Below, one piece after another: positions 8,147-17,211 of a stretch of 32,542 nucleotides of DNA. Every line of letters starts with the position of its first letter. The first letter of the stretch is position 1. The notes below the pieces were generated by a model, which searched no databases, was not told the DNA's origin, and saw only the letters and a list, made by a program, of their open reading frames with translations. Position numbers and translations under genes: made by a program. Source of the DNA: Candidatus Woesearchaeota archaeon (lineage in GTDB: Archaea > Nanobdellota > Nanobdellia > Woesearchaeales > WJIZ01); the NCBI GenBank assembly GCA_018303575.1, contig JAGVXW010000026.1:1-32542 (forward strand), in the 5' to 3' direction.

Positions 8147-8213
8147 TTTCCGGATTTGTTCGCTGTTTTCCGGAAACTTTCCGGATTTTTCGGGCTCACT
8201 GATAAGAAGAAGC
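8147..8213 (+). promoter_or_regulatory. Upstream module with TCCGGA repeats and a TATA-like element
   Basis: Homologous (inverted) to 6210-6276; ends in GATAAGAAGAAGC just upstream of the 8230 ATG. Confidence 0.5.
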
Positions 8214-8229
8214 ATAGCATGGGATGGGC

Positions 8230-9894
8230 ATGCGATGGATGCTGATGTTCCTGCTGCTGGTGCCATGCGTTCAGGGAGCTGTGATCAGCGAGATCATGTA
8301 CAACCCGGCCGGCAACGAGTTCGATTTCGAATATTTTGAGCTCTATGGCCGGGGAAACATTGGAAACTGGAGCATTGAAGGCGCTGAGATCACTTTTCCG
8401 CCGAACACGACGATTGACGGCTACCTGATTGTCGCCAGAACTCCCTCTTCTCCCGGGGAGGACAATGATTTCTTTGACAGGTACGGCATCAACACGAGTT
8501 ATGCGTTCAAGGGAAGCCTGTCGAATCAAGGAGAGACGCTCATTCTCCGCGACGAGAAAGGCGGCATCCAGGACATTGTTGTTTATGGCGATTGGGCTCC
8601 TGAGAACGCATCATTGGAGCGCGGGGAATTGCAAGGATATGGAGTGGGAGCTGAGGCCTGGGAGGCTTCCCTTCCGGGAGGGAGTCCGGGAAGGGCGCTG
8701 AGAAACTCAACGTGCGACTGGGCGTTAGAACTGGTGATGGCGGAACGGGCGGGGGCTAATTTATCCTGGCAGTGGAGGGCAGTCAATCTCAAGAGCGGAA
8801 TGGCGGAGCTTTCTCTCCTGCATGGCATTATCGGCATCGACGGGGCTGAAGTGAGGACCTATTCTTCCCTGGAAGAAGAAGCGTCCGCGAGATTCACATC
8901 TTCCGCCTATTCCCCTTCCCTTGAATCTGGCGGATATTATCTTTGGGCGAACCTGAGCGTGGCATGCGATGAGAACTTGGCGGATAACGCGGTTTCCGAG
9001 CTTATTTTTATCCCCGAGCCACCGGAAGATCCTGAAAGCGACCTCAGCATCGTCTCGGCTCCGGAGCGCATCGTGAATTCGGGAAGCGTCATCATCGAGG
9101 CGGATCGCGGAAACAGTTCGGATGACACCCTCAAAGCGTGGATCGAATCTGACGGCAAGAAAATCACTACAGAAGCAAGGCTGTGGCTGGCTCCGTTCTC
9201 TCATGGAAAAGTGACGATTCCCCTGACGCCGAAGGACTGCGTCGAAGGAGGGGGCGAAATCATTGCCGAGGGTTTCGGGCTGCGAGAAACACGGGCTGTG
9301 ACGCTGGACTGCAAAAAGACGAGCGCTGCGAAATCAGAAGAGCCTTCTGAACAAAAGAGTCAAGAGACGGAACCTTCTGGCAGCTTCTCCTTCAACGTCA
9401 GCGAAGTGCCTGAAGAAGCGGAGATAGGAAAGCCGTTCACGGTGCGCGTCGATCTCCTGAACGGGGGAAATCCGCTTGAGGTTTCTGTCTCAGCCTTTGT
9501 CTACCGCGGGAGCAAGCATTACAGCGAGGAGAAGAATATCAGCTTCACATTGCAATCGGCCAGGACGCTGTTCTTGCCAATTATTGTAGAAGGCGCAGAA
9601 GCGGGCGCTTACCGGCTGAAGGTGAGACTCTGGAAAGAAGGAAGGAAAACGCCGGACGAGCAGGCCTTTGATCTCGCGCTTCTTGCTCCTGAAAAAAAGA
9701 ATTTGGCTGTTGAAAAGAAAAATGAGAAAGAGAAAATTTCACAGGCCGCTGCCCAAGCGCTTCCCCTTACAGGGGCGGCTCCTGCGGTTGACTCCTACGA
9801 CACGGAAAAGCGCCCGGGGCTGAAGACGGGGCTGATTATTGGCGCTGCGGCCTTGGCTGGATTGGCGCTGCTGTTCAGGAAGGTGAAAATGTAG
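8230..9894 (+). CDS. Secreted lamin-tail-domain surface protein with Ig-like domains and C-terminal membrane anchor
   Basis: Signal peptide; VISEIMYNPAG...EYFELY and LSNQGETLIL lamin-tail motifs; C-terminal TM plus RKVK. Start could be 8224. Confidence 0.85.
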   Translation: MRWMLMFLLLVPCVQGAVISEIMYNPAGNEFDFEYFELYGRGNIGNWSIEGAEITFPPNTTIDGYLIVARTPSSPGEDNDFFDRYGINTSYAFKGSLSNQGETLILRDEKGGIQDIVVYGDWAPENASLERGELQGYGVGAEAWEASLPGGSPGRALRNSTCDWALELVMAERAGANLSWQWRAVNLKSGMAELSLLHGIIGIDGAEVRTYSSLEEEASARFTSSAYSPSLESGGYYLWANLSVACDENLADNAVSELIFIPEPPEDPESDLSIVSAPERIVNSGSVIIEADRGNSSDDTLKAWIESDGKKITTEARLWLAPFSHGKVTIPLTPKDCVEGGGEIIAEGFGLRETRAVTLDCKKTSAAKSEEPSEQKSQETEPSGSFSFNVSEVPEEAEIGKPFTVRVDLLNGGNPLEVSVSAFVYRGSKHYSEEKNISFTLQSARTLFLPIIVEGAEAGAYRLKVRLWKEGRKTPDEQAFDLALLAPEKKNLAVEKKNEKEKISQAAAQALPLTGAAPAVDSYDTEKRPGLKTGLIIGAAALAGLALLFRKVKM

Positions 9895-9935
9895 GTAAAT
9901 TATATAATGGGCCGGGTCTATCGTCGGCAAGATTG

Positions 9936-10045
9936 AGGCAGCAGACGGCCATTTTCTGCGAAAATGCCCTACGAGGCACCTCGAAGGGGCCATCCCCCGC
10001 CTCGCCTGCGCAACTAAACCCTGACAACTGCTGGGAATGCTGTCT
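9936..10045. ncRNA. Candidate structured small RNA, family not recognised
   Basis: GC-rich intergenic segment; 8-bp closing helix AGGCAGCA/TGCTGTCT, internal hairpins, TTATATAA ~30 bp upstream. Confidence 0.3.
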
Positions 10046-10092
10046 ACCGTTTAGGTGAAAACTATATAAAGAGGCGGGGGCTTTGGCGAAGC

Positions 10093-10653
10093 ATGGAAGA
10101 GCCCATCCGCATCCGCGCCATCCTCGAGGTGGTGGGGAAGCCGAAGGAGTTTGTCGAAAGCAAGCTCGCCGAGTACATCGAGCACATCAAGAACGACCAG
10201 AATCTGACTGTCCTGAATGAGCGGGTCGAAAGCGCCGCGGAGAAAGACGGGGTGTGGAGCACCTTCGGCGAGATCGAGCTCATCATCAAGGGGCTGACAA
10301 ACCTTGTCGGGTTCTGCATCGACTATATGCCTTCCTCGGTGGACCTCATCAAGCCGGAGAAGTTCGCTTTCGACGCCAGATATTTCAACCAGTTCGTCAA
10401 TGACATGCTGACGAAGCTCCACAGCATAGATATGCTCGTGAAGCAGGCGAACAGCGAGAACGCCATGCTCAGGAAAAACCTTGGCGCGCTCATCAAGAAT
10501 CATCTGCTCGTGATGCTCCAGTTCGGCATCTCTGATCCGGACAAGCTGTCCAAGAGCACCGGGCTGGCTACGGAAGAAGTGAAGCGCTTCCTGAACGCTT
10601 TGGTCAAGGAGAAGCGCGTAAAGCTCGAGGAAGGATCCTACTCGCTAGCATGA
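10093..10653 (+). CDS. Hypothetical protein with C-terminal wHTH-like segment, coupled to scpB
   Basis: 186 aa, host-like codon usage, TATATAAA upstream, overlap with scpB. Confidence 0.8.
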   Translation: MEEPIRIRAILEVVGKPKEFVESKLAEYIEHIKNDQNLTVLNERVESAAEKDGVWSTFGEIELIIKGLTNLVGFCIDYMPSSVDLIKPEKFAFDARYFNQFVNDMLTKLHSIDMLVKQANSENAMLRKNLGALIKNHLLVMLQFGISDPDKLSKSTGLATEEVKRFLNALVKEKRVKLEEGSYSLA

Positions 10654-11558
10654 GAGACCTGAAGAAACAGCTCGAGGCCGTCCTCTTCTCTGTAGCCCGG
10701 TATATCTCGACTGATGAGTTGGCGCAGCTTGTCCGCAAGGATCCGCAGCAGGTGAAGGAGGCTTTGCTGTCCCTGATGGTGGATTTGGAAAACGATCCTG
10801 AGACCAGTCTTATTCTGTTGAATGAAAGCGACCAGTGGAAGCTCACCATCCGGCAAGAATACACGCATCTCGTGAGAGCGGTCGTGACCGAAACCGAGCT
10901 GTCCAAGTCTATTTTGGAGACGCTGGCGGTGATCGCATTCAAGTACCCGATTAAGCAGGCGGATCTCATCAAGATCCGGACGAACAAAGCGTACGATCAT
11001 CTGATGGAGCTGGAGAAGCAAGGATTTATCATTAGACAGCGCTATGGACGGAGCCGGCTGATCAAGCTGACGGACAAGTTCTTCGAATACTTTGATTTGC
11101 CACGGGAGAAGCTGAAAGAAAGGTTCAAGGGCTTCGAATCTCTCGCTAAGACGATCGAGGGCAAGGAGGTAGATTTAGAGAAAGCCCGGGAACAGCAGCA
11201 GGCGATGGCTGAACAGGCGCGCGCGGAAAGCGAGAAGGAGCGGAAAGTGATTGATGGTGAGGTTGATCTCTTTGACAAGGAAGGGAAGCCGCACAAATTG
11301 GATACTTACGAGGAGAAAATAACTGAAATCACGGAGGAAAAGGAGAATCTCGGACAGCTGGAAGTCGTGGATGAGGATTTGGAACCGACAAACGTCCCAT
11401 TAGAAGAGGGGGAGAAAGAACAGGAAACTCCCGCTGAACAGCCGCAAGCTGCGGAGCCGCCTCACCTGAAGAGCATCGACGAGGTGCTCGGCATCCCGAA
11501 GAAAGAAGAGAAGAAAAAAGAGGAGCAAGATGAGAATCCTTCTGGTCCGGTGCAATAA
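10650..11558 (+). CDS. scpB: SMC-Scp complex subunit ScpB with acidic C-terminal extension
   Basis: LEAVLF, ELSKSILETLAVIAFKYPIKQADLIKIR, LTDKFFEYF. Confidence 0.92.
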   Translation: MRDLKKQLEAVLFSVARYISTDELAQLVRKDPQQVKEALLSLMVDLENDPETSLILLNESDQWKLTIRQEYTHLVRAVVTETELSKSILETLAVIAFKYPIKQADLIKIRTNKAYDHLMELEKQGFIIRQRYGRSRLIKLTDKFFEYFDLPREKLKERFKGFESLAKTIEGKEVDLEKAREQQQAMAEQARAESEKERKVIDGEVDLFDKEGKPHKLDTYEEKITEITEEKENLGQLEVVDEDLEPTNVPLEEGEKEQETPAEQPQAAEPPHLKSIDEVLGIPKKEEKKKEEQDENPSGPVQ

Positions 11559-11670
11559 GTGCGGAAAGGCGCAGAAGTATCAGGCGAAATCGCTCATTCT
11601 GGGGGATAAAAGAAAAGAGTGCGTCTATTGCGGGAAGAGCTTTTTGGTGAGGGAGAATATTATTCAGTAA
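11530..11670 (+). CDS. 46-aa zinc-ribbon protein
   Basis: Not in the track: MRILLVRCNKCGKAQKYQAKSLILGDKRKECVYCGKSFLVRENIIQ, with two CxxC motifs and AGGAG upstream. Confidence 0.8.
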   Translation: MRILLVRCNKCGKAQKYQAKSLILGDKRKECVYCGKSFLVRENIIQ

Positions 11671-11784
11671 CTCTTTATGATGATCCACTGCTGGAGAATC
11701 CACGTGAGCAGTGCAAAAGTGAAAAAGAGAGCGCAGACATCCTGGACAGGCCTGCTAGAAAGATACCGCTGCCAGTTCATACGC

Positions 11785-12000
11785 TCATTCCCCGCGCAAA
11801 ACCGCACGCAGCTTGCTTTCAACAAATGAATCCAAGTTTTTCTCCTTTCGACGCGCAAGGACATATGCCGCAATCAGCGCAACGACCGCGCCGATTCCTA
11901 CTGCAAGAGCAGGAGCAACGATTGCGGTTGTGGCACCGGCAAATGCGCCAAGACCTTCAGTATATTGTCTAACTGTAGATTCTGATTTATGGTTTGCCAT
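11785..12000 (-). CDS. Small membrane protein
   Basis: 71 aa with a long Gly/Ala-rich hydrophobic stretch; AGAGGA and TTTAAATA upstream. Confidence 0.6.
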   Translation of the reverse strand: MANHKSESTVRQYTEGLGAFAGATTAIVAPALAVGIGAVVALIAAYVLARRKEKNLDSFVESKLRAVLRGE

Positions 12001-12197
12001 TGGGGATCCTCTATGGAAGCTAATTTGTAGGGATATTTAAATCTTTCTATCTGTAATCACTTATGAGTAGTGTATTCTTGGAGGAAGCAGATTTGCGATT
12101 CCTGAAAATTATGGTGTTTTAGGCGCTCTTCGCCTCGTTTTTCACCGAAACCCTTATAAATTTCCGGGCACTTTTTCCTGCATCGAGAGGAAAACAT

Positions 12198-15125
12198 ATG
12201 ACTGACACAGCAGCGCAGGATCGCACCAAATCTCGCGAAATCGAGGAAGAAATGCGAGAGAGCTACCTCAATTATGCGATGTCTGTTATCGTTGGAAGGG
12301 CGCTGCCGGACGTGCGCGACGGCCTCAAACCAGTCCATAGGAGAATCCTCTACGCTATGAGCGAAATGGGGATGACACATAACAAACCGTTTAAGAAAAG
12401 CGCGAGAGTGGTTGGAACAGTTCTTGGCCAATACCACCCACATGGAGACACCGCTGTCTATGATGCCTTGGTGCGACTGGCCCAGGACTTTTCTCTGCGG
12501 TATCCTCTTATTCAAGGGCAGGGAAATTTCGGATGCTTCACTGGAGACATCAAAGTGCGGCTTGCGGACGGAAGGTCCCTTTCCTTCAAAGAGCTCATTC
12601 GAGAACATCTTCAAGGAAAGAAAAATTTTGCCTATACGATCAATGATGAAGGCAGAATAGAGATGGGCGAGATCCTGCACCCAAGGTTGACGAAGAGACA
12701 ACAGAGAATTTTGAAGATTCTTCTCGACAATGGAAAAGAAATTCGATGTACTCTTGACCATAAGTTCATGCTAAGGGATGGAACATACAAGGAGGCTCAG
12801 TATCTTACGCCGAATGATTCGCTCATGCCGCTCAATTTCAGACTTTCGACTGAAAAAAAAGAATCTGAACCGCTCATTATTGACTACGACCCAATTCCCT
12901 TAGCTGAAGTCTACAACCACAAGATCATTCAATTAAACTTCCTCGACAAAAGGGAAGATGTCTACGACCTCACGATTGCAGGAACCCATAATTTTGCACT
13001 CGCCGCAGGAATCTTCGTGCACAACTCTATAGATGGAGACAGTCCAGCGGCAATGAGATATACAGAATGTAGACTCCAGAAGATGGCCGAAGACTTGCTC
13101 GACGGCATCAACGAGGAGACTGTTGACTTCGTCGACAATTTCGACGGCAGCCTGAAGGAACCGGCTGTTCTGCCCTCGAAGATCCCGAACCTGCTCGTGA
13201 ACGGCAGCGCGGGCATCGCCGTCGGCATGGCGACGAGCATCCCGCCGCACAATCTGTCGGAGGTGGCTGACGCGATCGTCACGATGATCGACACTCCTGC
13301 CATCGACACCGCGGGGCTGCTGTCGCACATCCAGGGGCCCGACTTCCCCACCGGGGGCATCATCTGCGGGCGCAACGGCATCGTGAACGCGTACAGCACC
13401 GGCAGAGGCCGCATCATTGTGAGGGCGAAATATTCCGTCGAGCAACGGAAAGGGCGGCCTGCGCTCATCTTCACCGAGATTCCTTATCTTGTCAACAAGG
13501 CCGAGACCGTGGCGCAGATTGCGGATCTGGTTAGGGACAAGAAGATCATCGGAGTCTCTGATTTGCGGGATGAGTCTGACCGGGAAGGACTGCGCGTCGT
13601 CATCGAGCTGAAGCAGGACGCCAATCCTGAAGTTGTGGCGAACCAGCTGTTCCAGCATTCCCGGATGCAAGTGACGTTCAGCGTCATCTTGCTGGCGCTT
13701 GCCGGCAATCGTCCGCGGGTGCTCACGCTCCGGGAGCTGGTGGAGCAGCATCTCCTGCATCAAAAGGAAGTTGTGACGCGGAAAACGCGGTTTGAGCTCC
13801 GGAAATCAGAGGAGCGGGCGCACATCCTCGTGGGCATCATCACGGCGCTCAATGACGTCGACCGGGCTGTCAAGCTGATCAAGGAGAGCAAGGCGGTGCA
13901 GGACGCGCGGCTTGCGCTTATTTCTGCTTTTTCGCTCACTGAGATCCAGGCGAACGCCATTCTGGACTTGAAACTGCAGAAGCTCGCGACGCTGGAGCAG
14001 AAGAGCATCCGGGACGAGCACGCTTCGCTGGTGCGGAGGATTGCTGAGCTGAAAGGCATCCTCGCCGACGAGAAGAAAGTCTATGCCATCATCCGGGCTG
14101 AGACGCTGGAGATGAAGAAAGCGTACGGCGATGCCCGCAGGACTGAGATCTCCGGACAGGAGATGATGGAGCTGAACTATGAAGACTTGGTTGAGGAGCA
14201 GGACCAGGTTGTGACGATCACCGCGCGGGGCTACATCAAGCGCCAGCCTATCGACGCCTATCGGCAGCAGAAGAGGGGCGGCATCGGCATGGTAGCGGCG
14301 AACACGAAGGAGGAGGATGTCATCACCGACATCTTCATCGCGAACACGCATTCCTCCATCCTGTTCTTCACTGATAAAGGCAACGTGCACTGGCTCAAGT
14401 GCTATCTGATTCCCGAAGGAAGCAGGCAGGCGGCTGGGAAGGCCATTGTCAACCTGGTGCAGCTCGAGCATGGGGAGCACATCACGGCGCACATCCCTGT
14501 GAAGGAGTTCAGGGAAGGGCTTTACTTATCACTTGTGACGAAACAGGGCATCATTAAGAAAACGGCCTTGTCCGCGTTCGCCAACCCGCGCAAGGGCGGG
14601 ATCATCGCGATCAACCTGAACGACGAGGACAGGCTCATCGACGTGGTGCTGACGGACGGAACGAAACAGCTCTTGATTGCCACCAAGGATGGCATGGCGG
14701 TGAAATTCCACGAGGAGGATGCCCGGCCTGTCGGGCGGAACAGCATCGGGGTCAGGGGCATCCGGCTGCAGGGCAAGGATGAGGTCATCGGGGTTTGTAT
14801 CGCCGATGACAGCAAGACGCTTTTGACGCTGACTGAAAACGGCTATGGGAAGCGGAGCCCGGTCTCAGATTATCGCCTGATCAACCGCGGCGGCTCGGGA
14901 GTGATCAACATCATCACCAATGAGCGCAACGGCGGGGTAGTGGCTGTCATGCCTGTGGATGGGACCGAGCAGATTATGACGATCACGGGGCAGGGCATCG
15001 CGGCGCGCATGCCTGTCGACGGCATTTCTGTCATCGGAAGGAACACCCAGGGGGTGCGCATCATGAAGCTGCGCGAGGACGACAAGGTGGTGAGTGCCAC
15101 GAAGATCATCAGGGACGAGGCATAA
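12198..15125 (+). CDS. gyrA: DNA gyrase subunit A (intein-containing)
   Basis: RALPDVRDGLKPVHRR, YHPHGD, AAMRY catalytic Tyr, GyrA-box QKRGGIG, C-terminal pinwheel repeats. Confidence 0.97.
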   Translation: MTDTAAQDRTKSREIEEEMRESYLNYAMSVIVGRALPDVRDGLKPVHRRILYAMSEMGMTHNKPFKKSARVVGTVLGQYHPHGDTAVYDALVRLAQDFSLRYPLIQGQGNFGCFTGDIKVRLADGRSLSFKELIREHLQGKKNFAYTINDEGRIEMGEILHPRLTKRQQRILKILLDNGKEIRCTLDHKFMLRDGTYKEAQYLTPNDSLMPLNFRLSTEKKESEPLIIDYDPIPLAEVYNHKIIQLNFLDKREDVYDLTIAGTHNFALAAGIFVHNSIDGDSPAAMRYTECRLQKMAEDLLDGINEETVDFVDNFDGSLKEPAVLPSKIPNLLVNGSAGIAVGMATSIPPHNLSEVADAIVTMIDTPAIDTAGLLSHIQGPDFPTGGIICGRNGIVNAYSTGRGRIIVRAKYSVEQRKGRPALIFTEIPYLVNKAETVAQIADLVRDKKIIGVSDLRDESDREGLRVVIELKQDANPEVVANQLFQHSRMQVTFSVILLALAGNRPRVLTLRELVEQHLLHQKEVVTRKTRFELRKSEERAHILVGIITALNDVDRAVKLIKESKAVQDARLALISAFSLTEIQANAILDLKLQKLATLEQKSIRDEHASLVRRIAELKGILADEKKVYAIIRAETLEMKKAYGDARRTEISGQEMMELNYEDLVEEQDQVVTITARGYIKRQPIDAYRQQKRGGIGMVAANTKEEDVITDIFIANTHSSILFFTDKGNVHWLKCYLIPEGSRQAAGKAIVNLVQLEHGEHITAHIPVKEFREGLYLSLVTKQGIIKKTALSAFANPRKGGIIAINLNDEDRLIDVVLTDGTKQLLIATKDGMAVKFHEEDARPVGRNSIGVRGIRLQGKDEVIGVCIADDSKTLLTLTENGYGKRSPVSDYRLINRGGSGVINIITNERNGGVVAVMPVDGTEQIMTITGQGIAARMPVDGISVIGRNTQGVRIMKLREDDKVVSATKIIRDEA
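12534..13025 (+). mobile_element. Mini-intein (164 aa) in GyrA
   Basis: GNFG|CFTGDIKV...IRCTLDHKF...VYDLTIAGTHNF...FVHN|S; too short for a homing endonuclease. Confidence 0.95.
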
Positions 15126-15131
15126 GATTCG

Positions 15132-16223
15132 ATGAAAGGCCTCGCCATCTGCAATATTGGGATCGAGGATGTGGCTGCGCTGGATGTCAAGGAGCTTCTT
15201 TCTCAAGAGGCGCAAGTGGGGAAGGGGTTTGTAACATTTGACATTGCGTCTCACGCTGACTTGTGCAAGCTCTGCTACTGGGGACAAAGCGTGTCAAAGG
15301 CGCTTCTTGTGCTCGAGGAATATGGTTTCGATTCCCTGGACGAATTGGAAAAGAAGATTCAGAAGAATACTTTGGATGCATGGCTCACGCCGGGAAGAAC
15401 GTTCCGGGTGGACGTGTCCTCCCACGACGAGATTGATACGCAGGATTTGAGGGGGATCGTCGGCGGGGTGCTGCTTGAGGCGGGGGCGAAGTCTCATGTG
15501 GATCTCACGAATCCCGATGTCCTGGTGCATGTGTTCATTTCGGGGAAAAAGGCGTTTTTGGGTGTGGATTTCTCGGGAATTGATTTGAGCAAGCGCACCT
15601 ACCGCATCTACTCCAACCCCCGGGCAATCAAGGCCACGATCGCTTACGCGCTCGTCCGGCTGACTGGATATACTGGAAAAGAGACGTTCGTCGATCCCTT
15701 TTGCCTCGTGGGGTCGATTCCGATCGAGGCCGCGCTCTGGGCGTGCAGGTATCCGGTGAGGTTCTTCAACCAGGAGGAGCTGGCTTTCCTGAAGTTCATG
15801 AGCTTCGATTTCGAAAAGCATTCTGAGAAAGACGTTCAGATCATCGCCATCGACAGCCAGTTCAGGAACGTGGATTCCGCGAAGAAGAACGCGAAGATCG
15901 CCGGCGTGAACAAGGAGATCCAGTTCTCGCGGCAGGATGTCGGATGGCTGGATGTGAAGTTCAAGAAAGGGGAGGCAGAGCTGATCGCGACGGCGCTGCC
16001 GACGCTGACAAAGGAAGCGCACACCCGTGCCTACCTGAAAATCATCAAGGAATTCTTCCACCAGGCCGCGTATGTGCTCGCGAAGGTAGGCAGGATGGCG
16101 GTGTGCACGAAGAATCCTGAGGTTGTGAAGAAAGAGGCGGCTGAGAATGGGTTTATCGTGAAGGAGGAGAGGAAGGTGTGGCAGGGGAAGGAGGAATTGT
16201 GTATTCTGGTATTTTCTAGATGA
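15132..16223 (+). CDS. THUMP-domain RNA methyltransferase (Trm14/RlmL-like)
   Basis: THUMP domain (VDLTNPD), DLSKRTYR, DPFC...IPIEAA, AKKNAKIAGV. Confidence 0.85.
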   Translation: MKGLAICNIGIEDVAALDVKELLSQEAQVGKGFVTFDIASHADLCKLCYWGQSVSKALLVLEEYGFDSLDELEKKIQKNTLDAWLTPGRTFRVDVSSHDEIDTQDLRGIVGGVLLEAGAKSHVDLTNPDVLVHVFISGKKAFLGVDFSGIDLSKRTYRIYSNPRAIKATIAYALVRLTGYTGKETFVDPFCLVGSIPIEAALWACRYPVRFFNQEELAFLKFMSFDFEKHSEKDVQIIAIDSQFRNVDSAKKNAKIAGVNKEIQFSRQDVGWLDVKFKKGEAELIATALPTLTKEAHTRAYLKIIKEFFHQAAYVLAKVGRMAVCTKNPEVVKKEAAENGFIVKEERKVWQGKEELCILVFSR

Positions 16224-16333
16224 CTTGTCAAAAACCACCCGCTGGTGGTTTTTGAGCATGCTCGGAAATCGCTCGCTTACCATACACTGAAGCGATATGG
16301 CTTGCGCTTCGGCGATTTCGGACATGTCAATAA
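16222..16333. repeat. Intergenic palindromic (REP-like) element
   Basis: 12-bp hairpin TCAAAAACCACC/GGTGGTTTTTGA plus GAAATCGC/GCGATTTC stem; flanks GACTTGTCAAAAA and GACATGTCAATAA. Confidence 0.55.
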
Positions 16334-16364
16334 AATACTTAAAAGAAGTTCATTTCTCATCCTT

Positions 16365-16805
16365 ATGAATCCTGCTGAGCGTCCTATCCGAAACGGCAGA
16401 TCTTGGGGCACTTATCTTTTATTTGGAATTCTTGGACTTGGCCCAGCTTATTTTGCATTACACGCGGTAGTGGGATACAGAAATCAATGCATAAACGAGA
16501 GACATACGTCTTTCGCATCCGTAGATGAGTTGGAGGCCTGCCTTTCGCAAGAGAAGCGGACCTTGGGGCTTGAGGATTTGACTCTCCCCTGGGGTTTCAG
16601 CGATAGGGTCGACGTGGCAGGGACGCTTTACAATAACGATAAGGAAGAGTATAGCCTCATTTTCAATGGGATGCCTAATCGAGCGAATGTGAGACATGAG
16701 TTATGGCATGTCTATGAGATAAAAAACGGCATTCTTCGCGAACCCATTTTGCCATTCCAAGACCTTCTTGCGGAGTGGCGAGCGGCGAATCATGCTGATA
16801 GATAG
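16365..16805 (+). CDS. Membrane-anchored hypothetical protein with HExxH motif
   Basis: N-terminal TM; RHELWH...E zincin-like motif; ATG at 16365 follows a TATA-like TTAAAA. Confidence 0.65.
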   Translation: MNPAERPIRNGRSWGTYLLFGILGLGPAYFALHAVVGYRNQCINERHTSFASVDELEACLSQEKRTLGLEDLTLPWGFSDRVDVAGTLYNNDKEEYSLIFNGMPNRANVRHELWHVYEIKNGILREPILPFQDLLAEWRAANHADR

Positions 16806-16836
16806 GTGACTCAGATAGATTATAGAAACCGCTTCT

Positions 16837-17211
16837 TTATCTTCCCAAATATTCGACATCCCTCATGCCCTTGAATCCGGGGTCGCCTGTGACAAGCTTC
16901 AGCTTATGCGCTTTCGCGGATTCGTAGATGAGAGAGTCGCCTAATCCTAATTTCTGCTTCGCGTTGAATTTCGCTGCATTGAGCGCAATGGTCGCGTCAA
17001 CGGGAATGACAAAGGAGTTTGCGAGCATCCACCTCACCATTTTATCTGCGTCCGCCTCACTCTTGTTGAGGATGGCAAACTTGTAGACTTCAGCGAGGTT
17101 AATAACGCTAATAAACACCATTCCCTCATTGAGATACTTCTCTATCGCAGCGGCTGCTTTTCCGTCTATGAAGTACTCAATCCAGCACCAAGAATCAACT
17201 AAAACGGTCAA
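16837..17211 (-). CDS. vapC: PIN-domain VapC toxin
   Basis: VLVDSWCWIEY, INLAEV, LGLGDSLI, LVTGDPGF. Confidence 0.93.
   Translation of the reverse strand: MTVLVDSWCWIEYFIDGKAAAAIEKYLNEGMVFISVINLAEVYKFAILNKSEADADKMVRWMLANSFVIPVDATIALNAAKFNAKQKLGLGDSLIYESAKAHKLKLVTGDPGFKGMRDVEYLGR

Noticed and set aside
9936..10045. 5S rRNA, SRP RNA or group I intron (AACTGCTGGGAA)
   Set aside because: No CCGAAC loop, no SRP helix-8 motif, and no other group I core elements.
11664..11780. 38-aa hydrophobic minus-strand ORF
   Set aside because: Plausible but too short and motif-free to support.
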